This document shows positions 16,735 through 25,974 of a DNA stretch of 49,362 nucleotides, in pieces. The stretch's first letter is position 1. Each line of letters starts with the position of its first letter. The notes below the pieces were generated by a model. The model saw nothing but the letters and a program-made list of their open reading frames with translations. It was not told the origin of the DNA and did not search any database. This DNA comes from Candidatus Altiarchaeota archaeon (lineage in GTDB: Archaea > Altiarchaeota > Altiarchaeia > IMC4 > SCGC-AAA252-I15): positions 1 to 49,362 of the forward strand of contig JBDRLL010000035.1 of the NCBI GenBank assembly GCA_043813075.1, written 5' to 3'. The translations under genes were made by a program, and so were the position numbers.

Positions 16735-17756
16735 ATGTTTTTGATGGTCTCGACAGTCAGCTTGACCGCGTTGTTAACATCACGCATGTCAAAGACTCCT
16801 GAAGGACCGTGAATGTATCTGGTGGGTATGCTTATCACACCGGAAGGTATGCCTTCACGAGTAAGGTAGATGATCGCAGCGTCAGTCATACCGCCCTCCA
16901 GTATGTCTATCTGGTAGGGAATCTTCCTTTTCTTAGCGGACTTGACTATGATATCCCTGACCTTGGGATGGGTTATGACACCACGGCCAGAAGCCTCAGT
17001 TAGGGTTATGGCAGGGCCTTTACCGAGCTTTAGGCTGCTCTCCTTCTCACTTATCTCCGGAGTGTCTCCAGCGAGAGTCGTGTCCACTGCAATAGCATAG
17101 TCAGGGTTCAGCCTGAAGGCCGCGACCCTCGCGCCTTTGAGCCCCACCTCCTCCTGCGCGCTCCCCACCGCGTAAACCGTCTTGCCCAGATTCTTCGGTA
17201 GCGACTGCATTATCTTCAAAAGCGCGTAACACGACACACGATTGTCTATAGCCTTCCCGTAGTACAGGCTGCCGTTAAGGTTGCCGTAATTCGGCTCGAA
17301 TATCACCGGGTCTCCCACGCTAATCTTCTTCTCAGCCTCCTTCTTGCTTGAGACACCTATATCTATGAACATGTCATCGTGTTTGACCACCTTCTTCCTC
17401 TCCTCATCCTTCTGCAGGTGAGGCGGCTTCGCACCAATCACGCCCACAACATCACCCTTCTTGGAGCGTATGACCACACGCTGATTCAACAGCAGCCTGT
17501 TGTCTATCCCACCAATCTTGACGAAATTAAGATACCCCTCCTTTGTCACATGCTTTACCATGAAGCCGACCTCATCCATGTGGGAGGCTATCATAACCTT
17601 AGGCTCCCCATCACCCTTACGCCCTATAACATTCCCAAAGGAATCAGTGTAAACTTCATCGCAAACCTTCTTCAACTCGGCCTTCAATAGGTCTGATACT
17701 TCAGACTCGAACCCGCTTATGCCATGAGCCCTGCATAATTTCTCCAATAGATCCAT
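16731..17756 (-). CDS. M42 family (TET-like) aminopeptidase
   Basis: SHMDEVG, KAIDNR, QEEVGLKGA, GGMTDA and RYIH motifs. Confidence 0.95.
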   Translation of the reverse strand: MDLLEKLCRAHGISGFESEVSDLLKAELKKVCDEVYTDSFGNVIGRKGDGEPKVMIASHMDEVGFMVKHVTKEGYLNFVKIGGIDNRLLLNQRVVIRSKKGDVVGVIGAKPPHLQKDEERKKVVKHDDMFIDIGVSSKKEAEKKISVGDPVIFEPNYGNLNGSLYYGKAIDNRVSCYALLKIMQSLPKNLGKTVYAVGSAQEEVGLKGARVAAFRLNPDYAIAVDTTLAGDTPEISEKESSLKLGKGPAITLTEASGRGVITHPKVRDIIVKSAKKRKIPYQIDILEGGMTDAAIIYLTREGIPSGVISIPTRYIHGPSGVFDMRDVNNAVKLTVETIKNI

Positions 17757-17795
17757 GTTAAGACACCATATATTATACTATTCACGTTTTGTAGG

Positions 17796-18374
17796 TTATA
17801 AGTCCCCGAACGCTGTCGGAGCCTTCTTCTTCATCAAGGCAGCCATTTTCTCGGCGAGCTCCCGTATCTCCCACTGGGAACTCTTTGATGAACGTATTGT
17901 TATAAAGTGACGTAGCTCCCTGAAGTTCATTGTTACGACAATCTTCGTCTCAGTCGCGTTGGGGAGCACGAACCTGGCGTCCTCCTTGGGCACGCCAGCC
18001 CCAACAAGCTGCCGGTATGACTCTCTGGCAGACTCCATCTGATCCATGAACAACCTGGCAGCCTTCTTGTTCTTGCGTATGGAAGGCGGCGTTATGTACT
18101 TGAAGCCGGACTCCTCCACATACCTCTGGCTCTGCTGGCTGTAGGACGCGAGCCTGTGGCGCACCAGCTGGTGGGTGCAAGCCCGCGAAACATCCTCCAC
18201 CAAGAATGTGGCGGACGCGTGCTCGTAGGTGCTCAAATGACCCCAATCCCGCAGGTTCTTGACAAGAGACTTGTTGGCTGAGGAGGACTTAGGGCTTGAC
18301 GCGTAGCATATCCTCGCGGCAGAGGCAATCAAATCCTCCGGAAGCGAGGTTACTTTAAGAAGCTTGACCTTCAT
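17796..18374 (-). CDS. thyX: FAD-dependent thymidylate synthase
   Basis: GHLSTYEH, HQLVRHRLASYSQQSQRY, EDARFVLP, QWEIR. Confidence 0.97.
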   Translation of the reverse strand: MKVKLLKVTSLPEDLIASAARICYASSPKSSSANKSLVKNLRDWGHLSTYEHASATFLVEDVSRACTHQLVRHRLASYSQQSQRYVEESGFKYITPPSIRKNKKAARLFMDQMESARESYRQLVGAGVPKEDARFVLPNATETKIVVTMNFRELRHFITIRSSKSSQWEIRELAEKMAALMKKKAPTAFGDL

Positions 18375-18537
18375 GATATAGAGATTAGAGTACTCGAATA
18401 AGAATAATCAGTGGCAAAACAGGGCCAAAAAACAAATAAAAAACAGAAAACCCAACAATATGGCTTATATAGGCCATTTAAAGCCGTTTTTCAAATATTT
18501 AAATTAAATAAGCGTATATTATTCCCAACGTTTCTGA

Positions 18538-18768
18538 ATGGGGTGTCGTCTTTTGGATACTGGAATGATAATGTCTAAAGTCGGTGATCGCGTGGTAGTG
18601 AAAACCTCGGGAAACCCGTACAAACTGTTGAACAAGAAGGCTTATTCAAAAGGAACATTGATCGGCAGGATAGTGGATGCGATAGGCAGGACCAACGATC
18701 CATGCATAGTGGTTAAGACAGTTAAGAACGTTGAGGCCGTTGAAGGCGACAAAGTAGAGATAAAATAA
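18538..18768 (+). CDS. gar1: Gar1/Naf1-family H/ACA RNP protein
   Basis: IGRIVDAIGRTNDP.IVV motif; the position directly upstream of tfb is a common archaeal arrangement. Confidence 0.7.
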   Translation: MGCRLLDTGMIMSKVGDRVVVKTSGNPYKLLNKKAYSKGTLIGRIVDAIGRTNDPCIVVKTVKNVEAVEGDKVEIK

Positions 18769-18792
18769 CAATCCATAGAGAGGTCTGATAAC

Positions 18793-19839
18793 ATGCCAAG
18801 AAAAAAGAGTTCACCAAAAGGGAATAACGAAGCAGGGGAAGCCAAATCAGGCATACCCATAGAGGAGGGCGCTGACCTGGACGTCAGCAAAGACGAATCA
18901 GGTCCCGAGAAGGGGATACCCCCAGGAGAGGCGGAGAAGAACGTGACGTGCCCAGACTGCGGTAGCGCGAACCTCATAACAGACTACAAACACGGTGAAC
19001 TCGTATGCCCAGCATGCGGCCTAGTCCTGGAGGACGGATTATTCGATTTCGGCCCGGAGTGGCGTGCGTTCGACGAGGAGCAGAAGAGCAAGCGCGCTAG
19101 GACGGGAGGGCCCGTCAAGTTCGCTAAACTTAATAAGGGACTTACCACGGAGATAGACAGGTACGACCGCGACATCAGGGGCGGCGCAATACAGCCGGAG
19201 AGGAAGGCTCAATTATACAGGCTGAGGAAGTGGCAGCGCAGGTCCAGGATGAGCGACAGCGTGCAGAGGAACCTCAGCATCGCACTGCCGGAACTAGACA
19301 GGATGTGCGCCTACCTCAACATACCCAACAACATCAAGGAAGAGTGTGCGATGTGGTACAGGAAGGCCGTCAACAAGGGCCTGGTCAGGGGGCGGAGCAT
19401 AGAATCTGTTGTCGCAGCCATCATATACCTGATTTCAAGAAAACACCAGCTGCCTAAGACGCTCGAGGAGCTTGAGGAAGCAAGCGGCGTGAAAAAGAAG
19501 GATATCGGACGGTCATACAGGTTCGCGTGCAGGAAGCTCGGGTTGAGGATGCCTGTCGCAACGCCCATGGACTACGTGCCAAGGTTCGCCAGTGAACTGG
19601 GGCTATCAGGGGAGACCGAGGCGAAGGCCATAGAGATACTACAGAAGGCCAGGGAGAAGGGAGTCACCTCAGGTAGGGGGCCCACCGGAGTCGCGGCGGC
19701 CGCAATCTATCTTGCAGGCAAGATCACGAACGACAAGCAGACGCAGAAGGGTATCGCCGGCAGGCTTGCTGGGGTGACTGAAGTCACCATCAGAAACAGG
19801 TACGAGGAAATCGCGAAAGAACTGGGGATAGAGATATAA
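18793..19839 (+). CDS. tfb: transcription initiation factor IIB
   Basis: Zn ribbon CPDCG...CPACG, GPEWRAF, RLRKWQ, GRSIE, GRGPTGVAAAA, VTEVTIRNRY. Confidence 0.98.
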   Translation: MPRKKSSPKGNNEAGEAKSGIPIEEGADLDVSKDESGPEKGIPPGEAEKNVTCPDCGSANLITDYKHGELVCPACGLVLEDGLFDFGPEWRAFDEEQKSKRARTGGPVKFAKLNKGLTTEIDRYDRDIRGGAIQPERKAQLYRLRKWQRRSRMSDSVQRNLSIALPELDRMCAYLNIPNNIKEECAMWYRKAVNKGLVRGRSIESVVAAIIYLISRKHQLPKTLEELEEASGVKKKDIGRSYRFACRKLGLRMPVATPMDYVPRFASELGLSGETEAKAIEILQKAREKGVTSGRGPTGVAAAAIYLAGKITNDKQTQKGIAGRLAGVTEVTIRNRYEEIAKELGIEI

Positions 19840-19868
19840 GCACGTATCCTTACAGCGTCAGTCGGAGA

Positions 19869-19901
19869 GAGATTGCCAAAGAATTGGGGATAGAGGTATA
19901 G
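19869..19901 (+). pseudogene. displaced duplicate of the last 11 codons of tfb
   Basis: GAG ATT GCC AAA GAA TTG GGG ATA GAG GTA TAG (EIAKELGIEV*) versus 19807-19839 (EIAKELGIEI*). Confidence 0.75.
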
Positions 19902-19913
19902 GATTCTATCCAA

Positions 19914-19935
19914 TCCTTTTTCTTTTTTTGTTCTT
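19914..19935 (+). terminator. oligo-T terminator after tfb and its duplicate 3' end
   Basis: T-rich tract TCCTTTTTCTTTTTTGTTCTT. Confidence 0.5.
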
Positions 19936-19958
19936 GTACTTCCGATAGTGTTAACGCC

Positions 19959-20906
19959 ATGTCGAACCTGAAGCGTCTTCTAGATGGAAGGAGAGAACTA
20001 GACCCTAGGATGGAATTTGACATCGCCCTCATGGAGTCAGGGGTTGACGCTGGAAGGCGGGCAGAAATAATGAAGTCGTTTGTGAACGCGTGTGCCGTTG
20101 CTGAAGCAACGATGGGGGAAAGAAGTGGGAAACCGTATGCCCCGCTTCTCGGGGATTCCAGTAGACTTGCCCGCCAGTTATCTGAGGCTATGCTTGGTCC
20201 TGAAAGCATATTTAATTATCCTGAGGAATTCATGAAGATCCATGAGTACCTTGCTTCAGGAGGTAATGTCATCATAACACCCAACCACGAGTCAGGAGTG
20301 GACAACATGGCATTGTTCGCGTTGTTTAACAGGATAAACCCAGACTTGAATGAGAAATCAGTTTCAATAGCAGACAGCGTACCCATGGATGCTGAGGAAG
20401 CCGCATTCTACAATGGATTCAACAGGATACAGGTCTACTCGCAACAGAGCATAAGTGAATCACCTGAAGACGCTGACGACATGAAGTCGAGGAACCGCAG
20501 TGCCTTAAGAGAACTTATGAGAAGAGTCAAACAGGGAGGCAATCTAATCATCCTATACCCTGAGGGGGAGTTGGATGGTGGAAAGTTGAGGCATCCAAGC
20601 GAGGGGTCAAGTGAGATACTGGAGGTTGTTGGGAGAATGTCCCCTAAAGGCAGCGTGATATATCCTGTGCACTTGACGGGTACACGGGAGATAATGCCTG
20701 AAGACACTGGGTTCGACAACATGCGGAAAAAACTGAGGTCAGGGAAGGTGACCGTGAATGTTGGGGAGCCGATAGACCTGGGGGAATTCACTTCAGGAGT
20801 AACAGGAGATACAAGGCCAGAGTTCAAAAGACTAGCCGAAGATGTAATGCACATGATAGCTGGCCTTGCTGAGGACCCACGCAAGAGGGGTAGGTACGGC
20901 AGATAA
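19959..20906 (+). CDS. glycerolipid acyltransferase family protein (PlsC/GPAT-like)
   Basis: NHESGVD (HX4D), ILYPEG, IYPVHL and VTVNVGEPI blocks. Confidence 0.85.
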   Translation: MSNLKRLLDGRRELDPRMEFDIALMESGVDAGRRAEIMKSFVNACAVAEATMGERSGKPYAPLLGDSSRLARQLSEAMLGPESIFNYPEEFMKIHEYLASGGNVIITPNHESGVDNMALFALFNRINPDLNEKSVSIADSVPMDAEEAAFYNGFNRIQVYSQQSISESPEDADDMKSRNRSALRELMRRVKQGGNLIILYPEGELDGGKLRHPSEGSSEILEVVGRMSPKGSVIYPVHLTGTREIMPEDTGFDNMRKKLRSGKVTVNVGEPIDLGEFTSGVTGDTRPEFKRLAEDVMHMIAGLAEDPRKRGRYGR

Positions 20907-20940
20907 CACCCTTTTATTCACGTACTACTTAATTTTGAGT

Positions 20941-21585
20941 ATGGTTTCACTGGAGCCTGTGTTGATAGGCATAGGCGGCAGGCTCAAGTCCACGAACGAC
21001 AGCCTCAGGATAACGACGACAGAATTAGGGGGGATGATGGGCGTCTCACAGCAGACTGCGTCACGCTACATCAACGAGCTCGAAGCCAACGGCTGGATAG
21101 AGAGGCGCAGGTTCGGGAAAGGGTTCGAAGTCAAGCTCACCCAAGAAGGAGTTATGATACTCAAGGGGATATACGGGAGGCTCGGGAGCCTGCTAGAGTC
21201 GAAAAATAGGGGACACTACGAGGGGCGTATAGTCTCTGGCATAGGCCAGGGCGCATACTACATAAAGGAATACGCGAAGAGGATAAGGGGAATAACAGGA
21301 TACGAGCCTTACCCGGGAACACTGAACGTGAAGTTCGATGAGGGACGGCCGGACCTCACCCAATTCGTGCTCGGACAGGTGGATGCATTCAAGACAGGCA
21401 ACAGGACATTCGGGAAAGCATCCTTAACGCCAGTAACACTTACCGTCAGGAGGACGAGGATAATGTGCCATGCGATCGTTCCTGAGAGGACGTTCCACGA
21501 CAAAGACCTGGAGCTGATAAGCAAACACAACCTCAGAAGGAAATATGGGATAAAAGACGGCGACAAGGCGACGGTCACATTATAA
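20941..21585 (+). CDS. ribK: HTH-fused CTP-dependent riboflavin kinase
   Basis: SQQTASR HTH, SGIGQGAYY, PYPGTLN, PERTFH, LELIS..NLR. Confidence 0.93.
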   Translation: MVSLEPVLIGIGGRLKSTNDSLRITTTELGGMMGVSQQTASRYINELEANGWIERRRFGKGFEVKLTQEGVMILKGIYGRLGSLLESKNRGHYEGRIVSGIGQGAYYIKEYAKRIRGITGYEPYPGTLNVKFDEGRPDLTQFVLGQVDAFKTGNRTFGKASLTPVTLTVRRTRIMCHAIVPERTFHDKDLELISKHNLRRKYGIKDGDKATVTL

Positions 21586-21633
21586 ATAAGCACGGTTCCA
21601 AGAGTTTAATACAACAACACTGGAGGTATCGAT

Positions 21634-22050
21634 ATGAAAAGGAAGATGATTTTGGGAGCGTTAATCTGTTTGACACTATTTCTGGCTGCAGGCACGGTAG
21701 CAGCCAAAAAGAAGATAACCGGACCGCACGTGGAAGGCGACCAGAACATAAAGATAAGGAACCTGTTGTGGGAATACACCGACGCCCAGGAGACAGGACC
21801 CACCACACTCAGGCTGACGCTCACAGGAGTTGACAACTCGGGGACGATAGTCAAGGACCTGACGCCCGTAGCGAGAGCGGAACCTATAGTATTCACCGTC
21901 AAGGGAGTGGAATACTATATCGAGCCAGACACCAATCTGGCAGACACTGATGTATACTACGGGAAGATAAGGAGGAAGAAGTGGGTGCTGTACAACGGCG
22001 GCGACCTATACCTGGGAGCCAAGATAAGGAGTCTTGTGGAGACCACCTAA
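21634..22050 (+). CDS. secreted hypothetical protein
   Basis: GGAGGT ribosome-binding site and a signal peptide. Confidence 0.75.
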   Translation: MKRKMILGALICLTLFLAAGTVAAKKKITGPHVEGDQNIKIRNLLWEYTDAQETGPTTLRLTLTGVDNSGTIVKDLTPVARAEPIVFTVKGVEYYIEPDTNLADTDVYYGKIRRKKWVLYNGGDLYLGAKIRSLVETT

Positions 22051-22649
22051 ATCTCCTTCTCCACCACAGTACCCCGGGGGGATTCCTCGCTGAATATCTG
22101 AGCCTGGAAGCTGTACAGCTTGAAGCCGTCATCCAGCCAGGCAGTAGGCTGGAGACCAGCCTTCACGCACGTGTGGCAGAGGAACTCCTCTGAATCCCAG
22201 CCCCACTCCACTGGAACCTGAGGCAGCAGCAGCCCGCGAGACCAGCCCTTCTCGGCGATAAGGCCGTCACGGCAGACTACGACTTTTTCCACGTATTGCC
22301 GGGGGTCTTCGACTTTGACAATCTCTGGCTTAGTCAGGACTGATACTTCCAGTAGGAGAGAGTCCATCTCTGACTCATCCACCGCCGGAAATCTCGGGTC
22401 TTCAAGCGCGGCAGACAATGATGCGCGCTCAACCGCAACACCCAATGGAAGTGTCGGCTCGGGATAACCGATGCAACCCCTCAGTTCATGGCCAGGATAC
22501 CTTGTGATGGTGACGAAGACACCACGTTTCTCGGCGAACACGTCACGCAGAGAGTCAGGTATACTAGGCTTGGAGCCAGAGTAATTGCCTTCGATTACAC
22601 TGCGGGCGTAAGACACCAAGTCCACGCCCTGGTCAAGAGTCAAATCCAT
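22047..22649 (-). CDS. AMMECR1-domain protein
   Basis: GVFVT, LRGCIG, DPRFP, EVSVLT, GLLLPQV, CVKAGL. Confidence 0.95.
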   Translation of the reverse strand: MDLTLDQGVDLVSYARSVIEGNYSGSKPSIPDSLRDVFAEKRGVFVTITRYPGHELRGCIGYPEPTLPLGVAVERASLSAALEDPRFPAVDESEMDSLLLEVSVLTKPEIVKVEDPRQYVEKVVVCRDGLIAEKGWSRGLLLPQVPVEWGWDSEEFLCHTCVKAGLQPTAWLDDGFKLYSFQAQIFSEESPRGTVVEKEI

Positions 22650-22693
22650 AACAAGTAATAAGCTATTAGTTCCGTGATATATATGGTTTTAAG

Positions 22694-23674
22694 ATGAACA
22701 CTGTGGCAGACGGTAACCGGCAGAGAGAGCCGAGCGAGAGGCACATGAAGAGGGTGCTGCTGATGGCGCTGACAAACAAGTTCCCTGAGAACGATGAGAT
22801 GGAGGGGAGGAGTTACGGTGAACTCAGGCGGGAAGTCTTCGACAAAGCCAGGGAGGAGGGGATAAGCCCCGCAAGGTTTTCAGGAAGGATAAAAAGGACG
22901 CCACGGATGGTCAAGACAGACACTGCAGACGGCACGAGACAAAAGCAGGAGGAGTATGCCACAGCAGCCGAGGCGGTAGTGAGAGACCAGGACGCGTACG
23001 AGGACGGCAGGTGCGGGCGGCTGGTTTACGCCGCCACGACAGGCAAGGTGATGACTGACGGAGAGTACGGTGAGAGACTAGCCGAGGCGGGCGGCGAGAG
23101 GATATTCCTAAGCAGGATGATGGATGAAGCCAGGCTGGTGTTCGACAACCCAGGGCAAGTCGCAGACACCGTCGCCACCATACTGGACAGGAACACGAGC
23201 CCAACCTTCGCGGAATCGCTTAAAGAACACGTCAGGGCGAGGGTGTCGAATGTGTGGGCTTCAGAGGAGGACACTGCAACAGAAATCCCACGACCCGACA
23301 AACTTAGGGACACCGTGGAAATCCCAGTCCAAAACATCATAACAACAGTCGCCCTGGACGACAGCGGGCTAACACTCACGTACTCGGACAGGACCAAGGA
23401 ATTCACGCCATACGGTCCGGACGACAAGCACCCGGATGTGACGGAATCAACGCTTCCCGGAAGACTGAGGCAGGTGCTGCCTGAAATCGCGAGGAGGATG
23501 GTGCACACCGACGTAAGGGGTTACGGTGGAGGAGGATTGGGGACGACTGAAAACTGGTGGACCAAGACTCTCATGGACGGGACTCACTTGGACGTGAAGG
23601 GTGAGAGGGCTGTGAGACTTTTCAGGGAGACCTGCAAGAGCATGGGTATAGAAGACCAGATGGAAAGGAGATAA
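22694..23674 (+). CDS. hypothetical protein
   Basis: 326-aa ORF with host-like purine-rich coding; no motif recognised. Confidence 0.75.
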   Translation: MNTVADGNRQREPSERHMKRVLLMALTNKFPENDEMEGRSYGELRREVFDKAREEGISPARFSGRIKRTPRMVKTDTADGTRQKQEEYATAAEAVVRDQDAYEDGRCGRLVYAATTGKVMTDGEYGERLAEAGGERIFLSRMMDEARLVFDNPGQVADTVATILDRNTSPTFAESLKEHVRARVSNVWASEEDTATEIPRPDKLRDTVEIPVQNIITTVALDDSGLTLTYSDRTKEFTPYGPDDKHPDVTESTLPGRLRQVLPEIARRMVHTDVRGYGGGGLGTTENWWTKTLMDGTHLDVKGERAVRLFRETCKSMGIEDQMERR

Positions 23675-23676
23675 CG

Positions 23677-24192
23677 CTATAACACGCTCTTAACCGCTTT
23701 TATAATATCTTCCTCGCTGGGGAGCTTCGCCTTGCCCTCTTCTATCTTCGGCTCCACAAATACGACGCCAGCCTTCCTGAGCTTCCCAATATTCTCTTTC
23801 ACGAAAGGGTTCTCATACATGCTCTGATGCATTGCAGGCACCACAATAATCTTGGTCTTAGATGCGAGCGCCGTAGCAGCGAGAGTAGTGATGACTGTGT
23901 CATCGATGCCGCACGCGACCTTGGATATGGTGTTCGAAGTGGCAGGGCACACCAGTAAGACGCTGGCCTCGCCTTCAAGGCCGCAGAGGCGGACGTGCTC
24001 CACCGCACCTGTTATCTCGGATATCACCGGCTTCCCGCTCGACCACTCGAGGACGTTGCCGTGGATTATGTTCCAAGCGTTCTCGCTCATGGCACACTCC
24101 ACTTCAATACCCTGCCTCACTAGTTCTCTGACAAGCTCCGGAACCCTTACAGCGGCAACACTCCCGCATACTCCCACAACAATCTTAGTCAT
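23677..24192 (-). CDS. coaC: stand-alone phosphopantothenoylcysteine decarboxylase-like flavoprotein (HFCD family)
   Basis: GVCGSVAA, EHV, CPATSNTISK.ACGIDD, PAMHQSMY, EEGKAK; no CoaB domain. Confidence 0.85.
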   Translation of the reverse strand: MTKIVVGVCGSVAAVRVPELVRELVRQGIEVECAMSENAWNIIHGNVLEWSSGKPVISEITGAVEHVRLCGLEGEASVLLVCPATSNTISKVACGIDDTVITTLAATALASKTKIIVVPAMHQSMYENPFVKENIGKLRKAGVVFVEPKIEEGKAKLPSEEDIIKAVKSVL

Positions 24193-24284
24193 ATGCAGGT
24201 TGTATTTACGACAAAGAGGTATTTAAGCGCCCCGCACACTCCAGATATTTTAATTAAAACCATGTAATCCAATATCTCTTGCAT

Positions 24285-25193
24285 ATGAACATAACAGAAG
24301 AGATACTAAAGCTGAAAGAAGACAGAAACGCGGTAATCCTCGCACACAACTACCAGATACCTGAGATACAGGATTTGGGAGACTTCGTTGGCGACAGCCT
24401 AGACTTGGCCAGGAAGGCGATGAACACCGACGCGGACGTGATAGTATTCTGCGGGGTGGACTTCATGGCCGAGACCGCGGCAATACTCAACCCAGAGAAG
24501 ACAGTGCTGCTTCCAGCTAAAACAGCCCAGTGCCCGATGGCCATGCTCCTGACTCCTGAGAAGATCAGGAAGGCCAGGGAAGAGCATCCGGACGCGGACG
24601 TCGTCATGTACATCAACACGCACGCGGCAGCCAAAGTCTATGCGGACTGCGTATGCACGTCTTCAAACGCGATAAGAATCGTGGAGGCGATGGAGTCAGA
24701 GACCATACTGTTCGCGCCAGACAGACACCTGGCGAGCTACGTGCAGAAGAATACGAGCAAAAAGATAATACCCGTCCCAGACAGGGGACTGTGCGTGGTG
24801 CACAACAACATCATGCTGGAGGACGTCAGGGAGGCTAGGGAAAAGCATCCGGACGCGCTGCTGACAGTGCACCCTGAGACGCCCCCCGAAGTCCAGGAGC
24901 TGGCAGACCACATAGGAAGCACAAACCAGATGATAAGATACGTTAGGGAGACGGACAACGAGGAATTCATCATAGGGACTGAGATAGGCATCATACACAG
25001 GATGAGGAAGGAGGCTCCAGGGAAAAAGTACTACCCTGCCTGCGAGAGAGCCGTCTGCAGGAGTATGAAGGAGATAAACCTAGACAACCTGCGGGAAGCG
25101 CTGGATAAGATGCAGCACAAAGTCGAGGTGCCAAAAGACATCGCAGACAAGACGCGGACTGCGATAGAGAGGATGCTCGAACTGAGCAAGTGA
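24285..25193 (+). CDS. nadA: quinolinate synthase
   Basis: ILAHNYQ, VGDS, FCGVDFMAE, CPMA, YINT, CTSSNA, CVVH, HPE. Confidence 0.97.
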   Translation: MNITEEILKLKEDRNAVILAHNYQIPEIQDLGDFVGDSLDLARKAMNTDADVIVFCGVDFMAETAAILNPEKTVLLPAKTAQCPMAMLLTPEKIRKAREEHPDADVVMYINTHAAAKVYADCVCTSSNAIRIVEAMESETILFAPDRHLASYVQKNTSKKIIPVPDRGLCVVHNNIMLEDVREAREKHPDALLTVHPETPPEVQELADHIGSTNQMIRYVRETDNEEFIIGTEIGIIHRMRKEAPGKKYYPACERAVCRSMKEINLDNLREALDKMQHKVEVPKDIADKTRTAIERMLELSK

Positions 25194-25582
25194 AGATGAA
25201 CAGATACAAGAAGGGCGCGGACTTCGAGAGACAGATCGTCCTAGACTTCTGGGATAAAGGATGGGCTGCGGTGCGCTCCGCCGGATCTGGCACGAGAAGC
25301 CAGCCTGTGCCGGACGTGGTGGCCGCAAAGAAGGGTAGGTTCATAGCAGTCGAATGCAAGACGACGGTTAAGGACAGGCTAAGCCTGAGGAGCGCTGTGG
25401 AGGGGCTCGTAGGATACAATGACATCGCGGGGGGTGAGGCATACCTGGCGGTAAAGTTCCTGCGCGAGAAACCCAGGTTCTACAATCTGGAGAGGCTATT
25501 GGGGAAGAAAGACAAGACCATAAGACTACAGGACGAGTACGAGAGCTTCGACATGATGCTGGGAGAACAGTCAAAACTATAG
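25190..25582 (+). CDS. hjc: archaeal Holliday junction resolvase
   Basis: KGADFER, RSAGSG, PDVVA, VECK. Confidence 0.95.
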   Translation: MKMNRYKKGADFERQIVLDFWDKGWAAVRSAGSGTRSQPVPDVVAAKKGRFIAVECKTTVKDRLSLRSAVEGLVGYNDIAGGEAYLAVKFLREKPRFYNLERLLGKKDKTIRLQDEYESFDMMLGEQSKL

Positions 25583-25933
25583 TTCAGCCCGCCTATCATA
25601 CCGGCACACACTGCACAAACGATCGTTATGCCACTCCTGAAGGCACACACTACACAGATATATGTCGAACGGCCTGACCTTGACGACCCGCCCCCCAGTG
25701 CACACAGGGCATGTGAGGTCCTTCTTGTCAGGATAGCATACGCTGCAAATCACGTGGCCGCACTGCTCGCACTCGAAGAAGTGGGTGTTGAATTCACGGT
25801 GCTCTATCTCGTCCTGATACATTGAGACAGTCTCCCACTTGTAGCAGTTGTCGCAGTCAGCCCTGACATGAATCTTGTCCACATCATGATCCACAGGCCG
25901 TAAGCCGTGAGGCTTCTTCTTACGCCCAACCAT
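25577..25933 (-). CDS. multi-CxxC zinc-finger protein
   Basis: Six CxxC pairs, including a RING-like CEQCGHVICSVC...CPVC. Confidence 0.75.
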   Translation of the reverse strand: MVGRKKKPHGLRPVDHDVDKIHVRADCDNCYKWETVSMYQDEIEHREFNTHFFECEQCGHVICSVCYPDKKDLTCPVCTGGRVVKVRPFDIYLCSVCLQEWHNDRLCSVCRYDRRAEL

Positions 25934-25974
25934 CCTGTATATTATAGAGGATGGGGGGTTTAAATTTCCCCCAG

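Noticed and set aside
19807-19901. Diversity-generating retroelement TR/VR pair
   Set aside because: Mismatches are not adenine-specific, the repeat is only 33 bp, and there is no reverse transcriptase in the window
19837-19901. Stop-codon readthrough extending TFB into the duplicate
   Set aside because: The 62-bp offset puts the duplicate out of frame
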